From: Patescibacteria group bacterium | GTDB lineage: Bacteria; Patescibacteriota; Minisyncoccia; UBA6257; HR35 | NCBI GenBank assembly: GCA_030549845.1 | Contig: JAUQQN010000001.1 | Span: 60,001-92,000 of the forward strand | Direction of reading: 5' to 3' | Length of the DNA stretch: 32,000 nt | Shown: positions 8,605 to 15,859 of the stretch, piece by piece | How the letters are laid out: each line of letters starts with the position of its first letter | How positions within the stretch are numbered: the stretch's first letter is position 1 | Program-made: the position numbers and the translations under genes | The notes under the pieces: generated by a model | What the model saw: the letters and a program-made list of their open reading frames with translations, nothing else | Database searches by the model: none | What the model was told of the DNA's origin: nothing

Positions 8605-9648
8605 TTATCCTGTATAATAATAAGCCATAATAGAAAAATCTATTAAATCTACTTTACCATCCCCATTTAATTTTTCTTTTTCTATTTTTGCAAATTCAGA
8701 ACTTAATTTTTTCTTATACCAATAAGCAGCAATGGAAAAATCAACTAAATTTACCTTACAATCATTATTTAAATCTCCTTTTAGGGGACATTTTCCTATT
8801 GTTTTTTTAGGTATAGAAACTTCTCCAACATAAAAACTAAGCGCTCTTGAATAAGGACTAACTAATTGATTTAGGTAAATTTGCCGTGATTTTGTATAGT
8901 GCTGGCCGGTTTCCAAAATACCTGTATCTAAAACATATAAATATGAACCATCTTTTTCGGTTGGAATTCTAAAAAATAACTCTTCTTCAGATGAAACATT
9001 AATAATAACATCGGCATCAGGGGTTGCCTGACCAAAAATTTGTAAAACATCTCCTTTTTTGACAGAGGTTTTATCAATATCAATTGTTGGTGAAAGAAAA
9101 AATCCTGAGCTTCTAACAGTTTGTCCAGCAATAACATTTACTTGAAAAGTTAATAAACTTGATCTTCTACCTTTTGAGTCTTCAGAATACAGGGTAAATA
9201 AATAAAAGCCTGGAGTAAGATTACTTAAGGTAATTTCAAAATCTCCTCTTGCTCCAGCTTTTGTGATCTGTCTTATTTGACCGTCAGAAAGGAGGGTTAC
9301 TTCAGAATTTGGATAAGCTTTACCAGAAATTATAACTGTTCCATACTGAAGGGGTGGAGGAGCCCATCCTCCGCCTCCGCCACCAGGAGGTTGGATTATG
9401 CATTGAGAAGTATTAAAAGTGCAATTAGAATTACAACTTAAATTACCACCACTATATCCTAAAGAAGTGCAGGTTTGTCCACCTAAATCTGGACCATCGC
9501 ACTCTTCATTATTTTCCTTTATATTATTTCCACAAATACCTGGTTTAAATGCTGTTACGCTTACGGAGGCAGATTTTATTTTATAGATAAAAGCTAAGGA
9601 AACAATTAAAAATAATATTAAAATTAGTATAAAATCTTTTAATTTCAT
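8605..9648 (-). CDS. Secreted dockerin-bearing protein: signal peptide, Cys-rich CGNxxxExxEECD module, Pro/Gly hinge, two Ig-like regions and a C-terminal dockerin
   Basis: The C-terminus carries two EF-hand-like dockerin repeats, GDLNNDCKVNLVDFSIAAYWY and LNGDGKVDLIDFSIMAYYY (about nt 8608-8790). The Cys-rich module is GICGNNIKENNEECDGPDLGGQTCTSLGYSGGNLSCNSNCTFNTSQC. The hinge is PPGGGGGGWAPPP. Confidence 0.7.
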   Translation of the reverse strand: MKLKDFILILILFLIVSLAFIYKIKSASVSVTAFKPGICGNNIKENNEECDGPDLGGQTCTSLGYSGGNLSCNSNCTFNTSQCIIQPPGGGGGGWAPPPLQYGTVIISGKAYPNSEVTLLSDGQIRQITKAGARGDFEITLSNLTPGFYLFTLYSEDSKGRRSSLLTFQVNVIAGQTVRSSGFFLSPTIDIDKTSVKKGDVLQIFGQATPDADVIINVSSEEELFFRIPTEKDGSYLYVLDTGILETGQHYTKSRQIYLNQLVSPYSRALSFYVGEVSIPKKTIGKCPLKGDLNNDCKVNLVDFSIAAYWYKKKLSSEFAKIEKEKLNGDGKVDLIDFSIMAYYYTG

Positions 9649-10535
9649 TCATGCTTTTGGGTATATTTTCTAATAATATAAGCGTTATATTTCCTGATTA
9701 ATATTGGTAACACAAAAACAACAAATATTATTAAAGCTACAATCACTGCTATGTAGTAAATATTCAAGAAAATAAACCAGTAATTAAAATTCAAACTATT
9801 GTTTTCTCCATAATTCATATTAAAAATAGCTTTATAAATTCCAAAGGCGAACTTTCCTTGCCATTCGGTTTCTAAAAGCCTTTCAGCATTTGGCAAAATT
9901 TGAAGTTCTTTAGGGTTAATTGGTAAACTAGCTACTTCTTTACCAAAAATATTTTTAATATCGATATAACCTCGAGGAGTGATATAAGTATTTCCTTCAT
10001 TTTTGATTAAATAAGCAAACTTTACTGGAAAATCCCAAACAATTCTTTTGGCATCAAATTTTGCAATAGTTGCTTTATAAATGGCATTACCTCTAACATT
10101 AATAAAAACTAAAGCGCCAACACGGGCAATAATTCCAACTTGACCTGCTTCTGTTTTGGGAGCACCACTCCCAACCCAAATTGCTAAGAAATGTCCGCCA
10201 GGTGGGGCTGCTTGAGGAATATTTATTTTAACTGGGATTTGTATATCTTCTTTTGCTTTTAAAGAAAATTCTTTTTGAACATTAACCCAGTCTTTTTCAG
10301 GGGGATTTTCAAAAAACTTTCTTTCTCCCCCAACATCTGTAAACCCCTCGACAGTGATATAAAATTTAGAATCCCAATCGCTATCGTTTCTAATAAACAA
10401 ATTAAAATCTAAAACATCTCCTGGATTAGCAGTAAATTCTATCTTTGCAGGACCAACAGTTAAAGCATAAGAGTAATTTATTATCACGAGAAAGAGAATT
10501 AAAGGAGAGATGAGGATTAATAACTGTTTCTTCAT
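9645..10535 (-). CDS. Surface protein with DUF916/DUF3324-like architecture (signal peptide, two beta-rich halves, C-terminal TM plus basic tail)
   Basis: The signal peptide is MKKQLLILISPLILFLVIINYSYA. The first half reads LTVGPAKIEFTANPGDVLDFNLFIRNDSD...KINIPQAAPPGGHFLAIWV. The second half reads FAYLIKNEGNTYITPRGYIDIKN...ILPNAERLLETEW. The C-terminal TM is IAVIVALIIFVVFVLPILI, followed by RKYNAYIIRKYTQKHE. The family assignment is by eye only. Confidence 0.45.
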   Translation of the reverse strand: MKKQLLILISPLILFLVIINYSYALTVGPAKIEFTANPGDVLDFNLFIRNDSDWDSKFYITVEGFTDVGGERKFFENPPEKDWVNVQKEFSLKAKEDIQIPVKINIPQAAPPGGHFLAIWVGSGAPKTEAGQVGIIARVGALVFINVRGNAIYKATIAKFDAKRIVWDFPVKFAYLIKNEGNTYITPRGYIDIKNIFGKEVASLPINPKELQILPNAERLLETEWQGKFAFGIYKAIFNMNYGENNSLNFNYWFIFLNIYYIAVIVALIIFVVFVLPILIRKYNAYIIRKYTQKHE

Positions 10536-10553
10536 ACCTGCTTGTTATGTTTT

Positions 10554-11180
10554 TTAATTAGCACTACATTGATAAGTTATTGTATCACTATAATCACCTG
10601 CTGGAGCTAATGCTGAAACAGCTACTTTATGGGTAACAACAACTTCTCTATTAGCCACTGGTTGTGATGAGGAGGCTAAGGTCTGAAATGTTGTAGTTAA
10701 TTTGCCAACAGTATTACCTGTTTGATTATAGATTGGGTTTAAGGATAAAATACCCCCTGAACCAGATGTTGTTGTAGCTGCTTGAATTCCATAACCATCT
10801 GTTCCAGGCTGTAAGGTTGCTGTATTTGGAAAACCACTTGCTGGTGAAGGAATTAAATATGTAGGAGAAGTTGACTTGTATAAGCCTCCATTCGTTCCAT
10901 CGCCTTGATCTTTAATTTCTACTTTGCAACCACCTCCCGGATTACAAGAAACAACAGTTGTTATGTTAGGTGATGAAGTAAAGACTGCTGATGTATCGAT
11001 ATTACCAAAAGAAGTTGAGGTTGCTGATGGCGTACATGTCACTGTTTGAGTAACACTTGCAGAAACAGAAACAGAGCCCCCTGTTTGAGCAAAAAGGCGA
11101 CCTAAAGAAAAAATTTCTATAAATGGAGGGAAATAAAGCGAGAGGATTAAAATATATATTAAAACTTTTAATTTTTTCAT
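10554..11180 (-). CDS. Small secreted S/T/G-rich protein, paralogous to the C-terminal module of the 1231-aa giant protein
   Basis: The signal peptide ends at about RLFAQ. Residues 47-208 align with the last 150 aa of the giant protein. Identical runs are GLYKSTSPTYLI and PGTDGYGIQA, and the ends match (VTCT/LTCT, and GDYSDTITYQCS versus GNYSDIITYSCS). Confidence 0.65.
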   Translation of the reverse strand: MKKLKVLIYILILSLYFPPFIEIFSLGRLFAQTGGSVSVSASVTQTVTCTPSATSTSFGNIDTSAVFTSSPNITTVVSCNPGGGCKVEIKDQGDGTNGGLYKSTSPTYLIPSPASGFPNTATLQPGTDGYGIQAATTTSGSGGILSLNPIYNQTGNTVGKLTTTFQTLASSSQPVANREVVVTHKVAVSALAPAGDYSDTITYQCSAN

Positions 11181-11224
11181 ATATTTAAGCGTTTATTTTC
11201 TTAATTTTCGACCACATTAATCAC

Positions 11225-11274
11225 ATAAGTATAACAAAATTTAAATTAATTATATAAGTATAACAAAATTTAAA
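11225..11274 (-). promoter_or_regulatory. Duplicated 21-nt element carrying an extended -10-like box, upstream of the small secreted-protein gene
   Basis: ATAAGTATAACAAAATTTAAA occurs at 11225-11245 and 11254-11274, a 29-nt period. On the minus strand each copy reads TTTAAATTTTGTTATACTTAT, which contains TGTTATACT (a TGn plus TATACT extended -10). The copies lie 45-95 nt upstream of the ATG at 11180. Confidence 0.35.
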
Positions 11275-11329
11275 AATTTCGCAAAACCAAACTGTGAATA
11301 ATCGCCCTTTTTTAAATACACACCCAATC

Positions 11330-11350
11330 TATGGACTTACGAAGTCGATA
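11330..11350 (+). repeat. Hairpin repeat, copy 1 (left of the transposase)
   Basis: In TATGGACTTACGAAGTCGATA, the stem TAT-G-GACTT pairs with AAGTC-G-ATA with one G:G mismatch. The loop is ACG. Confidence 0.8.
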
Positions 11351-11404
11351 CGCGATGTTTATTTATTAAAAAATTTGTAAAAATTAATGTAAAATTGAAA
11401 TAAA

Positions 11405-12091
11405 ATGGAGATTTATCACGTTTTAAATCGGGGAGTAGACAAACGAATAATTTTCTTTGACGAAAAAGATTATTTAAGATTTATACACGATCTTTACGAA
11501 TTTAACGATGAAGAGCCAGCAATGAATACTAATTATTTTTTCAACAAATTTAAAAATATAGACTTACGAAGTCGATATATTGCTAACCAAAGAAGAAAGA
11601 ATAGGAAAATGATAGTAAAAATTTTTGCTTTTTGTTTGATGCCTAATCATTATCATTTAATGCTTTCTCCTATCGTAAAAGATGGTATTACTAAATTTAT
11701 GAGAAAGTTAAATATTGGGTATGCAAAGTATTTCAATGAAAAGTATGGAAGGGTTGGTACTTTATTTGAAAGAAGATATAAGGCAATACCTATTACAAAA
11801 GAAAGTCATTTCATTTATCTGCCTACTTATATTCATCTAAATCCCTTAGATTTGAAATTTCCTGAATGGCGAAATAAAGAAATAAGAAATTATAAGGAAG
11901 CAATGAAATTCTTGGAAAGTTATCGTTGGTCAAGTTTTCTTGATTATATTGGTAAAAAGAATTTCCCATCTATAACTCAAAGAGAGTTTTTAAATAAAAT
12001 CTGGGGAGGACCTAAAGAAATCAGAAAAAACATTCTAAGATGGTTAAAAGAAATGGATTTTGAAGAAATGAAAGAGATCACCCTAGAATGA
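11405..12091 (+). CDS. IS200-like / REP-associated tyrosine (Y1, HUH) transposase
   Basis: Motifs are YHVLNRGVDKRIIF, CLMPNHYHLML (HUH) and GTLFERRYKAIPI (catalytic Tyr region). At 228 aa it is larger than a minimal TnpA. Confidence 0.8.
   Translation: MEIYHVLNRGVDKRIIFFDEKDYLRFIHDLYEFNDEEPAMNTNYFFNKFKNIDLRSRYIANQRRKNRKMIVKIFAFCLMPNHYHLMLSPIVKDGITKFMRKLNIGYAKYFNEKYGRVGTLFERRYKAIPITKESHFIYLPTYIHLNPLDLKFPEWRNKEIRNYKEAMKFLESYRWSSFLDYIGKKNFPSITQREFLNKIWGGPKEIRKNILRWLKEMDFEEMKEITLE
11557..11577 (+). repeat. Hairpin repeat, copy 2, inside the transposase CDS
   Basis: TATAGACTTACGAAGTCGATA has one mismatch to the flanking copies. It encodes the residues DLRSRY. Confidence 0.8.
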
Positions 12092-12107
12092 TCTGCGTAA
12101 AAGTAAT

Positions 12108-12128
12108 TATGGACTTACGAAGTCGATA
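12108..12128 (+). repeat. Hairpin repeat, copy 3 (right of the transposase)
   Basis: This copy is identical to copy 1. It lies 17 nt after the transposase stop and 36 nt before the stop codon of the giant gene. Confidence 0.8.
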
Positions 12129-12163
12129 GATTGACGACAGATTGGCATATTGGCATAGATTAA

Positions 12164-15100
12164 TTAGAGGGAGCTGCAAGAATAGGTAATTATGTCAGAA
12201 TAGTTGCCAGTGGGAGCAATATATGAAGCAGAGGCTTTATGTTTAATAATAATTTGAGCGTTAGAGACAGCAGTTGTTGAAGAAGCTAATTGAATATCAG
12301 TTAAACTAAGCCCACCAACATTATTCCCGCTTTTATTATATTTTGGATTAATAGTTATATTTGAGTTAGTTGTTGTTGCTTGAATTCCATAACCATCAGT
12401 TCCCGGAGTTAAAGTTGCATCAGTAGACTGAATTAAATAAGTAGGTGAAGTTGATTTATAAAGCCCAGGATTTGTGCCATTTCCAGCATCTTTAACTGTT
12501 ATTTGAAAACCACCAGAAGAAGTAATAGTAATTGTAATGTCTGGAGTTGAGGTTGAAACAGAAGATGGTGATAAATTCGAAAAAGAAGTAGAAGTAGCTG
12601 AAAGAGTACAAGTCAAAGCTGGAGCAGCTGCAGTGGTAATTTGAGGAATAACTGAATAAGTATCTAATAAGCTTCCGTCTGCTTTAACAACTCTAAAACA
12701 ATAAGTTGTTTCTGGAGGTGCACCGTTGTCTTTTAAAGCAAAGTCCCATTTACCATCTTGACCTGGAAGAATTGCTGCTTGAGAGTTAGTAAAGTTATTT
12801 ACTTCTTCATAAGTTTGATTAACAACCGTATCTGCACCATGAGTTGGGTCATTAGAATTAGGAGTTAATGGTGCACCATCATTTGGTGTAGGATTATCAT
12901 AAAAAGAAATAATTGTCGTAGCTGTTACATCGCTCCATAAAGAAGGAGGAGATGAAGTACAGCTTGAACCTGTTGAAGTTCCAAATTGAAGTTTAAACTC
13001 TTGACCTGAAATAGAGAGAGTTCCAGTTGAAATATGTATTAATAATCTTAATCTAAAAACCTGACCAGGATAGATTAAAATTGCCGGTGTATCTTGATTA
13101 GCTAAGGGACTACCGACATCAGTTGAATCTAAGTTATTAAAAAATCTATAAGCAGATTGATTATATGTAACATCGACTTCTAACCATTCAATTTCTAGTC
13201 TGACTACAAAGTTTGCATCACCAGCTGCAGATTCTTGATATAAAGCAAAACCTTCGCCTGGAGCTATCATAAGCTCATCTTGAAAAACAATTTCTATATG
13301 ATAAATTCCATAATTTTGGTTAACAGCGCCAGGTTGAGTAACACCTAATAAACGAGAATGAGTATTTTGATCAAAACTCACTATAGGATTATTTATTGAA
13401 ATTTCAGCAGTTGAATTAGGTGTTGAAGAGTTTTTAGGTAAAATATCAGTTTTATTTATCAAAGTATCACCTTTAGCTGATTTTACTTTTCTTATGGAAA
13501 TTGGAATATAAGTTGGTGCAGTTGCTGCTGCAGTTCTATCTACTCTAATTCCTATCCTTTTTACCAAATAATTCTTACCTGAAAAGAAAGGATTGAAAAA
13601 TGAAGAATAAACATAACCTGCATTTAAATTTCCTGCAATTGGTCCGGTATAAAAAAGATATTCTCCTTGAGGATCAGGAGCAGCTGTTACTTCTTGCCAT
13701 TCTATTAAAATTTTTACTACCAAAACTGAGCTTCCAGCTGCTTCTTGATATAAAGCAATACCTTCTCCTGGTTTTAAAATTAATTTTTCATCATTTCTGA
13801 AGATAATTTCTCTATAACCTCCTAAAGAAGGTGCTGTAGCCGCACCTACAGCACCAGGAGTTTGAACTGAAACCAATCTTGCATCATTAGTTCCAATAAA
13901 ACTTACTGTTACCCCTGTTCTTCTTATATCTGCAACTGAATTAGGACTTCCAGAATGTTTTTTAGGTATATTAGCTGTGGTAATTTGCGTTCCCCCAGAA
14001 GCTGAATTTATTTTTCTTAAGGTCATTGGAATATAAACACCTGCTCCAGTAGTATCAATTCTTATATCAATTCTTTTGACAACAAAATACCTTCCAGAAG
14101 CAGAAGGATTAAAAAATGAAGCATAAACATAATTTGCTGCTGTAGAACCATTAATTGGCCCGATATCAATTAAATATTCATTTTGAGCTGAAGGAGTGTC
14201 TGGTTTTTCTTGCCATTCAATCATTACTTTAATATAATGATCAACATCTCCAGCTGCTTCAATATAAAAGCCAATTCCTTCTCCTGGCTGTAAAATCAAT
14301 TTTTCATTGTCACCAAAAACTATTTCTCGATGGCCAATAACCTGAGCTACTGCGCCAGGACCATTTACTGTCAAAAGCCTTGAATCAGTTGTACCAACAT
14401 ATGTTGCGGTAATTGCTGTTCCACAAGCTGATCCGCACCAACGAATTTCCATTGCACTATTTGCGCTTCCAGTATGTTTTTTCGGAATATCTGTAGCTGC
14501 AATAAGTAAACCACCTGAAGCAGCACTTAATCTTCTCCAAGTAAAAGCAGAATAAACTGCTGCAGCGTCAGCATCATTTCTAATAACTAATCTTTTAACA
14601 ATTGCTGTTCTCCCAGAACCAGATGGGTTAAAAAAGGTAAAAAATGTTGTATTAGCAGCTGCAGCTACTTCAATTCTTCCTAAAGCAATTAAATACTCAT
14701 TTTGAGCTGAAGGAGTAGTTGTTACTTCTTGCCATTCAACAACCAATCTTATTAATTGATCAACATCTCCAGCAGTGTCTGCCACTAAAGCAATTCCTTC
14801 TCCTGGTTGTAAAATCAATTTTTCGTCAGTTTGATCAAAATTTAAATACATAAAACCATGAGGCTGACCAGCGGCACCACAAGGGGTAACCATAGCAATT
14901 CTTGCATCAGTTCCTCCAACTAAAGTAACAGTAACTCCTGTATGTCTAAGATCCATAGCTGTATTTGCACTTCCTGTATGCTTTTTAGGTACATCAGCAG
15001 CAGGAATTTGGGTTCCTCCAGAAGCAGCTGAAATTCTTCTAATGACAAGGTTATTTGTGTAAACAGCTGCTGCATCGCAAGTTTCAGCACCAAACCAAAT

Positions 15101-15859
15101 TCTCTTTATAATTGCTACCCTTCCTGAGCCAGCAGGATTAAAAAATGAATGATAAACATAATTAGCTCCACCAGCATTTTCTACTCTTGGAAAAGCAAAT
15201 AAATATTCATTTTGGGCTGTAGGAGTACTACTTGAAGAAATTTCTTCCCATTCTACATAAAGTCTTATAAGATGAGCAGTTGTCCCTGCTGCTTCTTGAT
15301 AAAGAGCAAGTCCTTCTCCTTGTTGTAAAATAATTGGTTCGTCTGAATTAGTAAATTGAATATCTCTTATGCTGTGCCACTGCCCAGCAGCACCAGGCAT
15401 TGCTTGTGATAAAATTCTTGAATTAGCCGTTCCAGCAAAAGTAACTGTTGGCCCAGCATATCTTACATCTAAAACAGGATCTGAAGAATAATTATTTTTT
15501 TTAGGAATATCAGCTGGTAAAATTTGTGTTCCGCCCGAAGCAGCAGTAATTCTTCTTAGAGTAAGATTCACATAATTACCTGTACCATTAGCAAAAGCTC
15601 TTACTACAATTCTTTTTATTAAAACAGTTCTTCCTGAAGCAGAGGGATTAAAAACAGAAGCATAAACATAATTTGCTGTTGCTGTCCCAGCTACTGGCCC
15701 GATGTCAACAAAATATTCATTTTTGTAAGGACTTAACTCGGCTTTGCTTTCTCTTTTGTTTAACAATAAATCTAAATTTAAAAATGACAAAAAGAGAATA
15801 GTTATTAGTAAGAATTTTGCTGTTTTTTTAAAAAAGATAAAAATATTTTTAGCTTTCAT
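12164..15859 (-). CDS. Giant secreted surface protein (1231 aa): signal/anchor helix, five tandem ~170-aa repeats, a ~186-aa middle domain, and a C-terminal ~150-aa module shared with the small neighbour
   Basis: This is an uninterrupted 3.7-kb ORF. The N-terminal hydrophobic segment is FLLITILFLSFLNL. The repeat, middle-domain and C-terminal-module boundaries were derived from the translation. The ATG overlaps the upstream gene's stop (ATGA). Confidence 0.85.
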   Translation of the reverse strand: MKAKNIFIFFKKTAKFLLITILFLSFLNLDLLLNKRESKAELSPYKNEYFVDIGPVAGTATANYVYASVFNPSASGRTVLIKRIVVRAFANGTGNYVNLTLRRITAASGGTQILPADIPKKNNYSSDPVLDVRYAGPTVTFAGTANSRILSQAMPGAAGQWHSIRDIQFTNSDEPIILQQGEGLALYQEAAGTTAHLIRLYVEWEEISSSSTPTAQNEYLFAFPRVENAGGANYVYHSFFNPAGSGRVAIIKRIWFGAETCDAAAVYTNNLVIRRISAASGGTQIPAADVPKKHTGSANTAMDLRHTGVTVTLVGGTDARIAMVTPCGAAGQPHGFMYLNFDQTDEKLILQPGEGIALVADTAGDVDQLIRLVVEWQEVTTTPSAQNEYLIALGRIEVAAAANTTFFTFFNPSGSGRTAIVKRLVIRNDADAAAVYSAFTWRRLSAASGGLLIAATDIPKKHTGSANSAMEIRWCGSACGTAITATYVGTTDSRLLTVNGPGAVAQVIGHREIVFGDNEKLILQPGEGIGFYIEAAGDVDHYIKVMIEWQEKPDTPSAQNEYLIDIGPINGSTAANYVYASFFNPSASGRYFVVKRIDIRIDTTGAGVYIPMTLRKINSASGGTQITTANIPKKHSGSPNSVADIRRTGVTVSFIGTNDARLVSVQTPGAVGAATAPSLGGYREIIFRNDEKLILKPGEGIALYQEAAGSSVLVVKILIEWQEVTAAPDPQGEYLFYTGPIAGNLNAGYVYSSFFNPFFSGKNYLVKRIGIRVDRTAAATAPTYIPISIRKVKSAKGDTLINKTDILPKNSSTPNSTAEISINNPIVSFDQNTHSRLLGVTQPGAVNQNYGIYHIEIVFQDELMIAPGEGFALYQESAAGDANFVVRLEIEWLEVDVTYNQSAYRFFNNLDSTDVGSPLANQDTPAILIYPGQVFRLRLLIHISTGTLSISGQEFKLQFGTSTGSSCTSSPPSLWSDVTATTIISFYDNPTPNDGAPLTPNSNDPTHGADTVVNQTYEEVNNFTNSQAAILPGQDGKWDFALKDNGAPPETTYCFRVVKADGSLLDTYSVIPQITTAAAPALTCTLSATSTSFSNLSPSSVSTSTPDITITITSSGGFQITVKDAGNGTNPGLYKSTSPTYLIQSTDATLTPGTDGYGIQATTTNSNITINPKYNKSGNNVGGLSLTDIQLASSTTAVSNAQIIIKHKASASYIAPTGNYSDIITYSCSSL
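13175..15721 (-). repeat. Five tandem in-frame coding repeats (164-173 aa each) of an unassigned domain
   Basis: The units are at 15212-15721, 14702-15211, 14183-14701, 13667-14182 and 13175-13666. Each starts with (N/G)EY(L/F). Each contains ANYVYASFFNPSxSGR, VKRI, LRRIxAASGGTQI, DIPKKHxGS, EKLILQPGEGIALYQEAAG and IEWQE-like blocks. Short DNA stretches are also conserved, for example tcattttgagctgaaggagt at about 14170 and about 14697. Confidence 0.85.

Larger units (their letters stand above)
11330..12128 (+). mobile_element. IS200/RAYT-like unit: a Y1 transposase gene bracketed by two identical 21-nt imperfect hairpins in direct orientation
   Basis: TATGGACTTACGAAGTCGATA is present at 11330-11350 and at 12108-12128. 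These flank the only plus-strand gene inside a long minus-strand operon. Confidence 0.6.

Noticed and set aside
9349-9390. The Gly6-coding GC-rich stretch could be a slipped-strand phase-variation switch.
   Set aside because: The DNA is not a homopolymer or a perfect short tandem repeat (ggtggaggagcc...cctccgcctccgccacc). Any slippage in units of 3 or 6 nt would stay in frame, so at most it would give hinge-length variation.
6385-9648. The cohesin/dockerin genes could indicate a cellulosome.
   Set aside because: No glycoside hydrolase, CBM or multi-cohesin scaffoldin is in the window. The single dockerin protein carries only Ig-like and Cys-rich modules.
10554-11180. The small Cys-containing secreted protein could be a Csu/SCPU-type chaperone-usher pilin, with the 296-aa neighbour as its chaperone.
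   Set aside because: No usher-like large beta-barrel gene is present. The 296-aa protein has a C-terminal TM anchor, unlike periplasmic chaperones. The organism is probably monoderm. The WxL-locus-like reading fits the architecture better, but it remains unproven.
12141-12156. A tandem ATTGGCAT x2 lies just downstream of the right hairpin.
   Set aside because: There are only two 8-nt units and I noticed no other copy in the window. This is too short to distinguish from chance.
13175-15721. The periodic ~510-520 nt repetition might have been a CRISPR array or a non-coding satellite.
   Set aside because: The period is far too long for CRISPR and there are no short identical repeats with unique spacers. 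The whole region is one uninterrupted ORF, and the repetition is much clearer at the protein level than at the DNA level.
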